A DNA stretch of 64,000 bases from Eledone cirrhosa (GCA_964016885.1 OZ024746.1:55738001-55802000), one strand, 5' to 3'; numbered from the stretch's first letter, positions 1 through 16,210 are shown. Made by a program: numbers and translations. Notes: generated by a model not told the origin, from the sequence alone.

Positions 1-852
1 TCACTGATCCTAGTGTCATTTTGGGACAATTGCTTCTGTAGTTTTCTGGAGAGAGGTTTCAGTACTTCAATATGCCATTTAATAGTGGTTGAAATCTTTC
101 CAGTCAAACATTTGCCAACAAATGTAAGCAGGTTTAATACATATAGCATCTATCTTTTGCTTAAGGATTATGTTAAAGTCGAGCAACGAGAAGTAATTTT
201 TTAGTGCACGTGCTAGTTAGAAATACTATACGAAAATTGATCTAATTCTGTGAGCAACCACTTATGGAGAAGAGAGCACTCCCCACATGTTCCATCTCTC
301 TCCACGACCACCCCACACACACCCACACACCTATTACTGTTACGCCCATACCACAACCAGCTACTATTTTACCCCACCTCAGCATCATCTCTTCTACTTA
401 CGGTCTACCACCACCTCCAATCCAGCCCAACTAACACACCTCTTACATCGCCCACTCCAGCCCTCTACCAACCATGCATATACTCATCACCTCTAACAAC
501 CTTACAACCCCAACTACCACTAATTTCACCCTGACATCATCATACACAAGTCACTCATACACACACACATACGCACAGTTAATTAAACATAGGCTACCCT
601 CCAAAATCACTACCATTCTGCGTGCGATCCAATTCAGCCCACACCGACAATGTCGGGAATTACAACTACAACCCACAATTTATCAATCCCTCCCCAGCAC
701 CCTTTCCCTAAATTACTTTCACACATTACTTCCATATATGCATCTGTTCTCTCCTTATCCGAAATTTCCTGAAGAAGAACTTCTATCAGAAACGTCGACC
801 CACCGTATATTTCCTCCAAGCGTAAACCTAATTTAACTGGGTCTGCTTGCAT

Positions 853-972
<120 letters not shown>

Positions 973-974
973 GA

Positions 975-1232
975 TAGGAGGCGGGGTAACATTCCCGAGA
1001 TCCATGGACGAGTTCTCTAGAGCGGTCTCTGCTCCTCATTATCGCTGCCATGTCCTGCGTCTCCAACACACCAGTGTCTGTCCTTAGGGCACCAACATAC
1101 GTTTTCCTTTTCCAGTGTGTCCATGCAGGTGCTCCCACAGGAGCACTGAACGCAGTGTCATCTGTGGATGTCGGTGAGCATGTCCAGCTGACCTCAGTCT
1201 CCACTGTGTCACTTTTGAGCTGATGGGATGAG
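975..1232 (-). mobile_element. RTE-like LINE, 3' terminal fragment (ORF C-terminus and short 3' UTR ending at a (TA)n tract)
   Basis: Minus-strand frames give [32 protein letters not shown] / [27 protein letters not shown], matching the RLRWAGH..W.P.G.R..GR..TY..L..D.G..M.DR..WR C-terminal pattern of RTE-type ORFs. Confidence 0.75.
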
Positions 1233-1432
1233 AGAGTTCTTTGAGATACTGGCTGGAGTGCTCCAGGGAGATACATTGGCTCCCTATCTTTTTATCATCG
1301 TAGTGGACTATTGTATGCGCCTTGCACTGGAGAAACACCAGGACTCTGGCTCTACTGTAACACGAGCTTAGAGCAGGAGAGTTAAGGCGAAAAAGATATA
1401 GGATGCTGAATTTGCTGACGACATCATGGTTT
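1233..1432 (+). pseudogene. Non-LTR reverse transcriptase fragment (domains 4-5), inverted relative to the adjacent RTE 3' end
   Basis: Plus strand reads [31 protein letters not shown]...DAEFADDIM (QG and F/YADD motifs) with in-frame stops. Confidence 0.8.
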
Positions 1433-2067
1433 TGGTGACAAATACAGTGAATGAGGAAGAGGATATATATATATATATATATATAATTTCTGAATTTGTT
1501 TAGCATAATTCTTTATCTGAAAACGTGTGTTGAAACCGATATTGTTATGCTTTGGGAGGGTCATGTTGCCAATAAGAAATACACGCACCAGTTGCTTTCA
1601 CTTCAATTTATTATAAATTAAATTCACAAATTTAGGAATTTATAAATTTCCGGTTGATTTGTTGGTTCCACAACCAGATGATTGTTCATATATTGTCAAA
1701 GTTCTTTCGTCACACATTCTGTGATCTCTTCAGTGACTGCGGATTCTTTTCTTTGTTTTTTGTGCCTCTCCTTTGTTCTATCCTACGCCATCTTGTTTTT
1801 GTTGTGTGCTTAGTTTGCGCATGTGTTACATCCTGGTGTCAGGAACTCTACTTTTTATAATCCTTCCGATATGTCCTTCGACCTACGACGAATCCACGAC
1901 ACGATTTTAGCTTTTAACAAACGCACGCAATTGCCGTCGCAGGTCGATGAACAAACAGCAGCACAATTTAGTATAGCTAGATCTAAACTTAGAAATATTA
2001 TAGAACAGTATAGCAAGAAGCAAAATAGAATGGAGGACCAGCAACTGGGAGAAAATCTGCAAATGGA

Positions 2068-4210
2068 TTGCATAAGCTCATGCAGCGCTCGCGTAATGGA
2101 GAAATTGCATGCTTTCCAACAGACAAGTCTGGCAGAATGTCGGTTGACAGTCTGTCAAACTACATCCAGGCAATCCAACCCCACATCACTAACACAAGAG
2201 AAGTAACACCACAAGAGCATGAGGATAGGGAAAAAACCCTCAATGCCCATATGATGATGTGGACAAATATAATGCAGCCCAACAAAAGGACTGCCAACAA
2301 CTTCTAGGCCTGGAACAATGACGTGCCAGCGTTGTATGGGCTTCGAAAAGACCATAAAACGAGCAGTAACCCTGTCACAGGCACACCAACTCTGCCAGTC
2401 TGTGGAGCTAATATTGCTAGTAACTACGGATTTTCCTACTTCCTCTCCTTGATCATACACCCCATCATTGAAATGTCCCCAGATATATGTGACAGCACGG
2501 AGGGCCTCCTCAGCAGAATCATCGAGAGTAACCGATCTAGGGACCTAACAAACTGCATAATAGGTAGTATGGATGTTGTGTCCCTATATCCATCTATTGA
2601 CGTGGTTTTGCTGTGGAGAAATGCGTAGAAATGATCAGTGAGAGCAATGTTGAATTCCGTGGGATTGATACCAGTGAGCTGGGACGCCTACTTAATCTTA
2701 CCTATAGTAATGATTATCTAGATACATATGGCCTTAGCAACCTGTGCCCTACAAGACCAGCAAGAGGCAGACCACCTACCATTACCTCAATGGCCAAGAA
2801 AACCCACACAGATAGATGGAACGCGTGGACCAGAGCCATACGGACCCCCGAAAACCACGATGAACTAAAGAAAATGATTGCACATGCGGTGGGGGCCAGT
2901 ATAAAATTAACCCTTAATGAACATATGTTCAAATTTAATGTAAAAACATATGCCCAAGAGGAGGAAGCAGCCATTGGTGTTAGCATTGCAGGTGACATAG
3001 CTAACCTATTCATGGTATGGTGGAACAATATACTTAAACTTAAACTTAAAGAACAATTAGAAGACAGCAATCTCTTAACCCTGATAATGTACTCCCGCTA
3101 CGTTGATGATATAAAGATCGTAGTAAAAACAGCCCGACTAGAGAACAGTCAGGAATTAGAGAAAAACACCATGGAAAGCATCCAGCAAATAGTTAACTCC
3201 ATCCACCAGAGTATTAGAGTTACTATAGACTACCCAACTAAATACCCCTACCATCGATTACCTGTACTAGACACATCCCTCGGGTGAGATACCATTAATA
3301 ACAAAACATCCTACATTCCCACTATGCCAAACCCATGACTTCCAAATATCTGATCCACCGAAACCCAGCTGTTTCGGACCATACCAAATTCAACATACTG
3401 ATTGCGGATTTGGTACGGGTGATGAGAAACGTTTCCCGCATGTGCAGCCCCAAAGAACTAGAGAGAGACACATACAACACTTCATCCACCGTATGCAGTT
3501 CTCTGGTTACAATCAGAGAGATAAAATCAGAGTATATAGAGGAGCCAGAACCAAATGGGAAAAAATGGTGAATAATGATACAAATGGGACCTGCCCCTTG
3601 TATAGGAGCACATTTTGGAAAAGAATAGGAAGAACTAGAAATAAGGTTAATAGAATAAACTCATGGTATGATAGCAATAATTACCAGAGTGTAATGGTCA
3701 TCGATACAACCCCTAGAGTTGAATTAGCTTACAAATTTACAGGGGCCCTATATAAACATAAACTCAATATTAAGATAGTAGAAAGACCAGGTACCTCCAT
3801 AAAAACACTTATTAGCAATACATACCTTTTTCAAAGACCTCCCTGTATAGATAAGAAATGTATAATCTGTAAACTAAGCCCCCATATTAACTGGAAAACT
3901 AGAAATGTAGTATATAGCATAAGATGTACTGAAGGACAATGTAGAGATAAAAATATAGTGTACATAGGTGAGACAGCTCGTAGTGTAGGGGAACGAATAA
4001 ATGAACACTGGCGAGAGCTTCAAGATAGTAAATAATAATCTGTACTCCACCAACATGCTAAAATAGAACATAAGGGTAAATTAGAGGACATAGAAATAAA
4101 CATAGAATCTACACACAGAAAAGACGCAATGTTTAGACAAATTACAGAAGCAATAAACATAAGTGAACTCCAACCAAAATTAAATAGAAAACATGAATGG
4201 AATAGCAACA
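2068..4210 (+). pseudogene. PLE RT + GIY-YIG endonuclease ORF broken by stops and frameshifts
   Basis: Successive ORF pieces 2068-2307, 2323-2628, 2613-3287, 3335-3571 and 3442-4035 carry collinear PLE motifs. Confidence 0.9.
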
Positions 4211-4419
4211 TCACAACTTACAATTAAGAACAAAATGAAAACACACACACACATAGAACAAACAACCAACCAGTAACATGTAAATAAACAAATAAATAAA
4301 CAAATATAAACACACACAGACACCCGGATATAGCACATGCGCAAACTAAGCACACAACAAAAATAAGATGGCGTAGGACAGAACAAAGGAGAGGCACAAA
4401 AACAAAGAAAATAATCCCA

Positions 4420-4462
4420 GTCACTGAAGAGGTCACATAATGTGTGACGAAAGAACTTTGAC
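4420..4462 (+). ncRNA. Minimal type I hammerhead-like motif in PLE 3' end (mirror copy 1695-1737, minus strand)
   Basis: GUCA-CUGAAGA-G-GUCACA uaaug UGUGAC-GAAA-G aa C-UU-UGAC: stems I and II pair, stem III is very short. Confidence 0.6.
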
Positions 4463-4605
4463 AATATATGAACAATCGTCTGGTTGTGGAACCAAGCAAC
4501 CAACCGGAAATTTATAAATTCCTAAATTTATAAATTCAATTTATAATAAATTGAAGTGAAAGCAACTGGTGCGTGTGTTTCTTATTGGCAACATAACCCT
4601 CCCAA

Positions 4606-6950
4606 TAACAGATTAAAGTATAAGCAAATAATCGCTGTTTTCACCCTTAACGGGATCTTCTGAAACTAACAAAGTCAATCTGTGAACTCAGAAGAAATTA
4701 TTTCAAAAAACGGTGCAACCGGAGGAAGACAGGAAGACGATACTTTGGTTCGTGGGAACGTTCTCTGGCAAAGATGGGGAAAAAACGAATATAATACGTC
4801 ATTATTTGAAGCGGGGAAAAACAATTACACGCAAAGGCAAAACCACGTTTATGGCATAAAAAAAGTTGTAGACTAATATTCTATTAGGTGGTTCCTAGAG
4901 ACGTTCTCTGGTAATGAACGGAAAAAACGAAGATAATACGTCATATGTAGAGCGAGTAGAACAATTGCACGCAAAGACAAAACCGCGTAAATGGTAGAAC
5001 TAAAGTCGAAGACTAAGATTCTAACTAGGAAACCGAATGATTCTCGGCTTTAGAGTTAAGAATAAAGCAAATAAAATACAGAGGTAATTGAAATTAAATA
5101 AATACATACACGCATCCATATACGTACATACACAAGCATACGCGAAAACACTCGCACATACAGAACCCACGCAACGCCTCTACCCGCACGCATACGAATG
5201 TATACACCAAATACACATAACAATATATATAAAAACAAAATATATATATATGTGTGTTTGTGAGTGCGTGTAAACATATAATTAAATAAACGTATATAAA
5301 TAAATAAATACATATATAACAAGCGCACATACATACTTATATGTAAATATACATATGTTCGGAGACGAACGTCAACCAAAACAAAGTACACATATACACA
5401 CCGCCTACATACGTACGTATCCGCATACTCACACAGACGCAAAACTCACGTATACACATAACCAAAAGCATATGTACCAGAATATATAATATATACGCCA
5501 TAACATACAATCAAATATACGTACGAGAAAGTATACGTACCTTCACAAAACATACAGGTAATATATACTTACCTATACAAATAAGTAATGGTATAAACAT
5601 AACATATACATAGCTACCACATCAAGACGTAAAATATCCGCGTATAGTTCGTACTATCCGTTAAGGTATAATGTGGGGCTGTAATACAGGAAAGTTTTGT
5701 GCAATTTATGTTTACAAGCCGAAATTGCCTCAGATTTTTTGTTTAAGTTGTGTTCTTTGGCGTAGAGTATTTCCAGGTCCTCAGCTGCGTAGAGGTCACA
5801 TGGTCTTTTATTTCCGTTATACGATCTAGCCCTAGCTAGGATCTCCCAGTGTAACTTATATTGGTTGTGGTTGTCTTTTAGACTCCAGATATAAGCAAAA
5901 AGTGACGTCATATTCCTTCTTAAAGGGTTACGAAAAGAATGGGTATGCATGTAAAAACGCTGCTTGAATATATTGGCGGTTAACCTTATGTAGGCCCTAC
6001 GGAACGTGTGTGTTTCAACCTTACATTTGTAGGCAATGTTACTAGAGAGGTATTTCCCGGATAGGAGGCAGTCAACCCGATTTCTGCAATTACAGTTAGT
6101 ACTAACTACAGGGTTGCACGTATTCCTACAGCAAGGTAGTTTAGCTAAATTTGAAACTGTGATGTTATGTGCAAGGTTAGGACTCGTAGAGTAAGACATT
6201 TTAATAGTATTTCTATTAAAAATATTACTATATTTATGTGTAGGAGGAAAATGCTTCATAATAATTGAGAGAAAGATCTTAGCTAATGGTGTGGCCACCT
6301 GCATATTATATGGTGAGTTATACCATATAATGCGTCGGGATCTGTTTCTTCTAGATCTATTCTCGTACTCTGTACATGCTACCTTATAGACAAATCCACT
6401 CCGAGCAAGAGCTTCATTGTAATATATGGAATGGTCGTTGAAAATATGCTCGTTAGTAGATAGACGGGAAAGCCTCAAAGAAACTTTTCTTACCAGGTTA
6501 TTGGTTATGCTGGCAGGATGTTTAGCATGCTTACTTATGTAATTAAGCGTATCATTCGGCTTTCTATATGGGTAATTCTATACATTGAGGGTAACGTCGG
6601 GGTAATTAACGACCGAGAAGTGGGCCTCAACCTGTATGGAGAGGTTGAAGCCTTTAAAGAAGGCTGTGAGTTCTTTTCTGAACCTGTCGCAAGCACGTGG
6701 GCCGCACTTAGTCATGGTCAAAAGGCCATCATCACGGTACAAACCACCGCCCACGTTGGGGAATTCTTCATTGAAGGAAGAGGCCGATAAGATCAAACCT
6801 CCGCAGAATCGCTGGCGCCCATACTCACGTCGAATGCGGTACTATTAGATTTTTTTATCCAAATAGAGTCGTCGAAATTAATCACCGACTTACACAGATT
6901 AAACCATTTCGAAACTGCAAGAGCTCAGCCATAGGGACCCGATTCTTTCT
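4606..6950 (-). mobile_element. Penelope-like retroelement (family B, YRDD type), 5'-truncated
   Basis: GGLYRDDGLL (6578-6796). ORF 5654-6478 has IIWYNSPY, FNRNTIKMSYS, CNCRNRVDCLLSGK, FKQRFYMHTHSF, YIWSLKD, WEILARARSY. Long CA-rich 3' UTR 4606-5650; its terminal sequence recurs at 44157 and 62575. Confidence 0.88.
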
Positions 6951-7829
6951 CATATATATATATATATATATATATAGATGTATGTGTGTGTATTTGTATG
7001 TGTGTGTGTATATGTTTGGGTGTGTGTGTATATATACAAATATTTATGTATATAAGTGTATGTTTTTGCGCACATATATATCTATATATGCGCGTTTATG
7101 TGAGTGCATTTGTGTTAGAGAGAAAGAGGGAAATGGGGAGGGGGTTGAAGCGGAGAGGCAAACATATTTTAGAATTCATAATTCTGTTTCCTTTGTAACA
7201 TCTCAGGCAAGTATGAATAGAGGAAGGAGAACGTTAGAGGGCGCTGCGCACGATACAATGTCGATTAAAAAGGATTTGTTTTTAGTTTTTCTTTCTTTAT
7301 TCGTGAATTGCTAGAGAATCAAATTCAATGATACGTGAGAAAAATTTTGCAAATATGTCAAGGACGTTGCATTCCTTCACAGTTACTTCAAACAAATTTT
7401 ATTTTATTTTATTTTTATTCATTTCATTAATAATTTTAAAATTGTTCGTGTTCAAATTCCACAAGCCAAAATGTCGGCTATATCAAATCACGTGGTGTCT
7501 AAATAATAAAGGCTTATGGAATAGCAACGAATGCAATGCAAACACATATAATAGAGAGACGTTTAGAAGAAGTTATTTTCTGTTGATATGTTTCTTCGAT
7601 CGTGATGCTTGTAGTTTTAGATATGCAGTTTATAATTATAGTCTTTTGAACAGATACCCATTCCCTTATTATTAATTCTATAATAGCGGGTCCTTATTTT
7701 TTCTATACAGTTTCTGAAAAGTACATTACAAACGCGCACGTACATACGCACGCACATACACATACACATATATATATATATATATATGTGTGTATGTGAA
7801 CGCGTGTATGCTTACAAATTCCTCATATT

Positions 7830-7866
<37 letters not shown>

Positions 7867-8199
7867 TGATAGTGTTTAGAAAGCTGTATGATTGTCTGTG
7901 TGTGTGTGGATAGACAATGACAGGGAGATAGGCAGAGCAGAGATGAATAAGTATACTTAGATAAGTAAATAGATAAATGTAGATATATCGAGATGGGCAG
8001 ACGGAGAATTGTATACGATTACATAGAACATGGACAAAAATAGATTGATTCTTTCCTTAATACTGTGGGAAGTTTTCTAAGGCACACTCGCTCAATGGTG
8101 TTTCAATCACAATCATAGTGATAAAGTAAAATAAAATTATCATACTCTCACTTGAAACTTATTGGCTACTTTCGGTGATCTTAAAATTACCAAAATTAA

Positions 8200-9014
8200 T
8201 TCGTTTTACAAATATGATCTACGAAAATTGTAATGGACCATACATCTAGTTTCTTACTCCACTGGGCAGCTCTATTGCTTGTAACAGACGATGTAACCAC
8301 GGGTGGACCAACAGTACCGTTAATATGGGTCCGAACTGTTAAATTCCATCTCAACCATCGATGAACATTGATCTTTGTAACTTTCATTCGCATTTTTATT
8401 TAAAAAAAGAAATATTTAAGGATTCCCTTTAAACAATTGTCTATCATTTTGTTGTTGAGGGGGCACGATCATCTATACAGACAATTGTAACTCCTAATTT
8501 TCACCCCGCTAATATCGTTGTTGTTTCTTCTGTTAGAGAGAAGTTTTTTTATTGTGAGATGAAGCAATGTTTTGTGAACAAGTGCATTAGGAAAGTTTAA
8601 CAGTGTTTCTAGTGATGATATTGTGGTAGGGGTGTTGGGGTGTTAAATTAGGCATACCTACTTACACTCTCTAACTACCTTCCTTGATTCATTCTTACCT
8701 CTTTGAATTGTAGGTTACCGTCTGAATGAATGAAAGCCAGACTGGCTTGACTGTCCTCTTACACCCTCCCCTTTGTTTATCAGGCCAGTTCAGCCCACCC
8801 GCCGCTACGAAGACATTTAACAATTTACATTTAACTATTTACATTGACCACTCCTCAGGATAGGCAAGAAAAACAACAAATCTTTACGATTATTTGCTTT
8901 GACATTTTTCCTTTTTTTGTTTTGAATGCATGCCCATATATACACTGTAACCTTTGATAAGTTCAGCTAGATTCGCGTCGAAACGGCCAGAGCTCACCCA
9001 TCGGGGTCCTGATT

Positions 9015-9018
<4 letters not shown>
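8200..9018. mobile_element. Highly decayed PLE remnant (minus-strand linker fragment plus a plus-strand 3' terminus)
   Basis: Minus strand near 8440-8500 reads SYNCLYR*SCPLNNK. The terminus cgaaacggccagagctcacccatcggggtcctgattcttt resembles 6910-6950 and abuts (TA)n. Confidence 0.4.
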
Positions 9019-9058
<40 letters not shown>

Positions 9059-9061
<3 letters not shown>

Positions 9062-9893
9062 GGAGCTGCGGCGCTGCAAATTGGATACATATGAACAAGA
9101 TTGTCCTCATCAGTGGCCTTCCAACCGTCGTAGGCATTTCGTCGCATTAAAGGTCATATACCTCAGGTTGGTGCGAGCAACGGCTAAAAAAGTCGTTGGG
9201 ACACGTAAATAAATGGGACGCTAGGGTAAACAAACAAAATGGTTTAAGCAACAGAAAGTGATGAAGAAGAAAGAAACAAGTCCCAGATTTCTATGAATAT
9301 AAATTCGGTGGAATCGTGAACGAGAGAATAAAGACCATCAAACCTGGTTGAAATGTGAGCAAGGAAGGAATTCCGCACAGGTCTAACGGGAGGAAGAAGG
9401 GGTCTGGTCTGCGAATTCGGTAAACATAAGTTCTGTGAAGTCGCAGACGAGAGAGAGAGAAACAAAATTCATACCGGCTTGGTCATGTGTCCGCGAGAAA
9501 AGGATTACGGACAGGTCAAACGGGAATAAAGGGGAGGAGGAGAGGAAGTGACAGAGAGTGAGTGAGTGAAAGGTGAGGAAGAGACTAACAGAGAGAGAGA
9601 GACTGCTAGAAAGGGTAAAGACACAAAGAACGAAACAGACTGGTGGCAGCGGAGGAAAAAATATATGTGTAAATATGATAATAATGGAGCTGCGGCGCTA
9701 CAAATGGGTTACGTATGAAAAAGTTTGTCCTCATCAGTGGCCTTCCAATCGTCGTAGGTATTTCGTCGCATTAAAGGCCATATACCTCACGTTGGTGCGA
9801 GCAACGGCTAAAAAAAGTCGTTGGGACACGTAAATAAAGGGGACGGTAGGGTAAACAAACAAAATGGTTTAAGCAACAGAAAGTGATGAAGGA
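9059..9893. mobile_element. Non-coding element with ~210 bp direct terminal repeats, flanked by (TA)n on both sides
   Basis: 9059-9269 closely matches 9683-9893; the internal ~410 bp is non-coding. Confidence 0.75.
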
Positions 9894-10055
9894 GAAATAT
9901 ATATATATATATACTATTTTATAAATCTGGAAGTCTAACTCTTCAGTTTCTGTACACATACGGACACACACACACGCACATACACACACACGCACACATA
10001 CACACACACACACGCACTGACACACACACACACACACACACACAGATACACACAG

Positions 10056-10112
<57 letters not shown>

Positions 10113-10115
10113 GAG

Positions 10116-10638
10116 AGTCATATTTGTGTAATATTGCCAGAAATAATATGGGAACACACTGTTTGGTTGGTTTTCGCTTTTCGCTTCTGTTTCTTTTATA
10201 TCGGTAATCTAATTTATTCGGTCCTCAATGTTGCCATTGACTGACCAACGGCCAAAAATAATACAGATACAATATAGACATACTAAATAAAAATGGCGTA
10301 GACATACAATGTAACGGGAGGAAACAATAGCACCACTGACGATGTTGCAGATGTGCAACGAAAGAATTTTGATAAACTATATATATGTGCTTGTGTCTAT
10401 ATTGTATCTGTATTATTTTTGACCGTTGGTCAGTCAATGGCAACGTTGAGGACCGAATAAATTAGATTACCGATATAAAAGACACAGAAGCGAAAAGCGA
10501 AAACCAACCAAACAGTGAGTGTGTTCTGTTATTAATTCTGGCAATATTACACAAATATGACCCTCCCCAAGTATAACAATATTTGTTTCGACACACGATT
10601 CCATATGAAAAACCTCGCAAAACTAATTCATCGCCGTT
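10116..10638 (+). mobile_element. Fold-back element made of family-A2 PLE 3' ends
   Basis: 10116-10280 is the reverse complement of ~10394-10561. The right part closely matches 26470-26833. HHR core at 10336-10372. Confidence 0.9.
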
Positions 10639-10811
10639 ATATATATATATATATATATATATATACGTGGAGTTGTGACCGACAGATAGCATTACCCATT
10701 AGAAAGACCAATGTAAACATTGTTTCCTGGTCCGAATTGACGAACTCCACCACACTCGAAAAGCTAATGAGGTCTGGTATCTTGGAGATAGACCATCGAT
10801 TGATCTCTCTA

Positions 10812-10866
<55 letters not shown>

Positions 10867-11419
10867 TTAATATAGATGAGATTCTACAGGACTAGAACTG
10901 TTTCATTCATTTGAAATCATCAGGAATCTGGGTATCAAAAAATAAATATGGTATTTATAGGTCTCTACAAGTGGTAGGAGAGGGTGGGGAGTGGGATGGG
11001 TGCAGGTCATTGGTTGATAGAAAAGGGAATTCATTAAAAGCTAATTCTACAAAGCTATAGTTTATTTTTATTTTTATTTTTATTTATTTATGTTTTTAGA
11101 GTAACAAGGGCAGACAGAATTCTATAAACAGGTTCCGGATGGCCTACCATTCCTTGTCAATAAGTTTCTCTTAAGCTAACAGATGTCTATAAAATCAGTG
11201 GGGGGTCAGTCATAGTCGATAGAATTAAAGAAAAGGGAGATTCTTTAAAAGCTAATGTCATTAAGGTTCTACTAAGTGACAAAGGTCTAGAGAATTCTGC
11301 AGACAGATTCAAAATACTGAGTGCATATCTTACTATTATCTTCGAACTTCTCTTAAACTAATCAACTATATGCCAAAAATCAACAGACACATTCACAAAA
11401 AAACAAAAAAACACATACT

Positions 11420-14000
<2,581 letters not shown>

Positions 14001-14039
14001 TACAGGCAGAAAATGTAGATACCAAAGAGGTACTCACAT

Positions 14040-14360
14040 AACCATAGTGGCCGTATTTCAGGTTGAGGAGGGGTGGGGGTAGGGTGGGGAGGAGGCATAG
14101 GGGCCAATAGGGGGAGGTCGTTTTTAGCCATCGGGCTTTAACACTGGCTTAAAGTGTTTGAATGTTGCAAAGTTCTTGTGCATGCAGTTCGGGCAGTGTT
14201 CAGAGAGTTTGTTCAGTAGCGGGCCCTTGGCGAATAAAATTTCGTAGCTCTCTGAAATACAAAGGTCGCAGCCCTTGTGTCCTCCGTTGTAAGAGCGCGC
14301 TTTCTGGAGTATTTTCCAATTAAGCGTGAAGGGGGTGGAGTTCCTTTTGAGGTCCCAAAC
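14040..14360 (-). mobile_element. PLE GIY-YIG C-terminal fragment (family-B type)
   Basis: [61 protein letters not shown] aligns by eye with the C-terminus of ORF 5654-6478. Confidence 0.85.
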
Positions 14361-14367
14361 ACACACA

Positions 14368-14461
<94 letters not shown>

Positions 14462-14545
14462 TATATATTTTTCACGGCTCTGAAATGCTTCTATCTTTGA
14501 GCTAATTAATTGTAAAGGACTGTTTGAGTTTATAACTCTAAATAT

Positions 14546-14634
<89 letters not shown>

Positions 14635-15029
14635 CGCGTGTTTGTGTGTGTGCATGTTTGTGTGTGTATAGTTTGATACACAGATAGATAAATTCATTAT
14701 ATATATATATATATACACATGTGTGCGTGCATAATCCTGTTCATCTATGCACAATTGCATATAAGTAATGAATAATAGTTTGCCTCTTTGATTATATATG
14801 TATGTATTTAATAAATATATGCACACTGTAATAGAGTGAGCAGCCTCAGGTGTAATTAACAACTCTACTTGACGCATATTCTTCCATGCTGGTTTAAAGA
14901 CTAACTATTAAAGAGAGGAACCGAAGTCCGTTTAATTGATAGCAGAAAAAATAATTAAATTGAAATTAAATTATTAAAAATACAATTATAGAAAATAATT
15001 TGTAGAAAACAATCGTAATTATAATAATA

Positions 15030-15219
15030 ATTGTTTCTACTTTTGTCACAAGGCCTGCAATTATCCCAGTGTATTACTGGTACTTTATTTTATCGACCCG
15101 TAAGGATGAAAGGCAAAGTTAACCTCGGCGGGATATGAACTCTGACCATAAATTGCTGTAATTCTTTTCTGCAAAGCTTGGCGTCCAACCCTCTACCGAT
15201 ACTGCCAATCCACCGCCCT
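15030..15219 (-). mobile_element. tRNA-derived SINE
   Basis: Reverse complement of the 15642-15832 element (gggcggtggattggcagtatcggtagag ... aactttgcctttcatcctta..gtcgataaaataaagtaccag). Confidence 0.8.
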
Positions 15220-15641
15220 AATAATAGTAATAATATTAGTAATATTATTAGTAATAAATGAAATAGTAATTGAAGTTATGGCGATGATGATGATGATGAT
15301 GATGATAGCTTCAAAATAGTAATAACAACAATAATAATAAAAATAAAATGACTAAAAGAAAGAAAGCAAGAATAAATAAATAAAAAAGAAATGAATGAAA
15401 AAAAGGAGGATTAAAGAGGCATTAAAGAGAAGGGGGGTGTTACAAATTTTCCTGACGCTGTCTGCGTTGATTCTGATCATGCCAATAATGATGATGTCTC
15501 AAATAATTCTAATTGTACTGATGATAATGAAAAAGGAAATAGATTGTTAATTATGATATATGGTGATGTTGATATTTCTAACAACATCAAATATGTTTCT
15601 AATCGTATGTAGGCGAACATGAAAATGATTCTGCGACAGCA

Positions 15642-16210
15642 GGAAGGATTGGCAGTATCGGTAGAGGATCGGACGCCATGCTTTGTAGCAAAGAGTTACG
15701 GCCCGTTATGATCTGAGTTCAAATCCTGCCGAGGTTAACTTTGCCTTTCATCCTTACGGGGTCGATAAAATAAAGTACCAGTAATACACTGCGGATAATT
15801 GCTGGCATTGTGCCAAAAGTAGAACAAATTATTATATCGGTAGAGAGTCAGACACTAGGCTTTCAAGTATAGAGTTATGACTTCAAATCACACCGAGGTT
15901 AACTTTGCATTTCATACTTACGTGGTCGACAAAATAATGTACCAGTAATGTACTGGGTAAATTGCTGGCCTTGTGCCAAATGTCGAAACATTATTATTTT
16001 TTTTTCAGTATCGGTAGAGCGTCAGGCACTATGCTTTGCAGCATAGAGTTATGGCCCTTTACATTCTAAGTTCAAATCCCGCCGGGGTTAGCTTTGCCTT
16101 TTATCCTTACGGGGTCGATAAAATAAAGCACCAGTAATGAACCTCGGATCGATTTAATCGACTTTCCCCTCTCCCCAAATTACTGGCCTTGTGCCTATAG
16201 TAGAAATCAT
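15642..16210 (+). mobile_element. Three tandem copies of a tRNA-derived SINE (15642-15832, 15835-15995, 16006-16210)
   Basis: A-box-like tggcagtatcgg, B-box-like gagttcaaatcc, shared body and (ATT)-rich tails. Confidence 0.8.

Larger units (their letters stand above)
1486..4605 (+). mobile_element. Penelope-like retroelement (family A), decayed, with an inverted copy of its 3' end at the 5' side
   Basis: RT fragments (MPALYGLRKDHK; IGSMDVVSLYPSI; AIGVSIAGDIANLFM; YSRYVDDI) and GIY-YIG (VVYSIRC..YIGETARSVGERINEH). Bases 1552-1840 are the reverse complement of 4319-4605. Confidence 0.92.

Noticed and set aside
755-805. cctgaagaagaacttctatcagaaacgtcg hammerhead-like string before (TA)n
   Set aside because: Stem II closure and the cleavage site cannot be assigned; possibly a decayed PLE end, but unsupported.
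10116-10638. Fold-back elements as classical MITEs
   Set aside because: The arms match PLE 3' UTRs in this window (26470-26833), the ends are asymmetric with a tail on one side, and no clear TSD can be separated from the TA tract.
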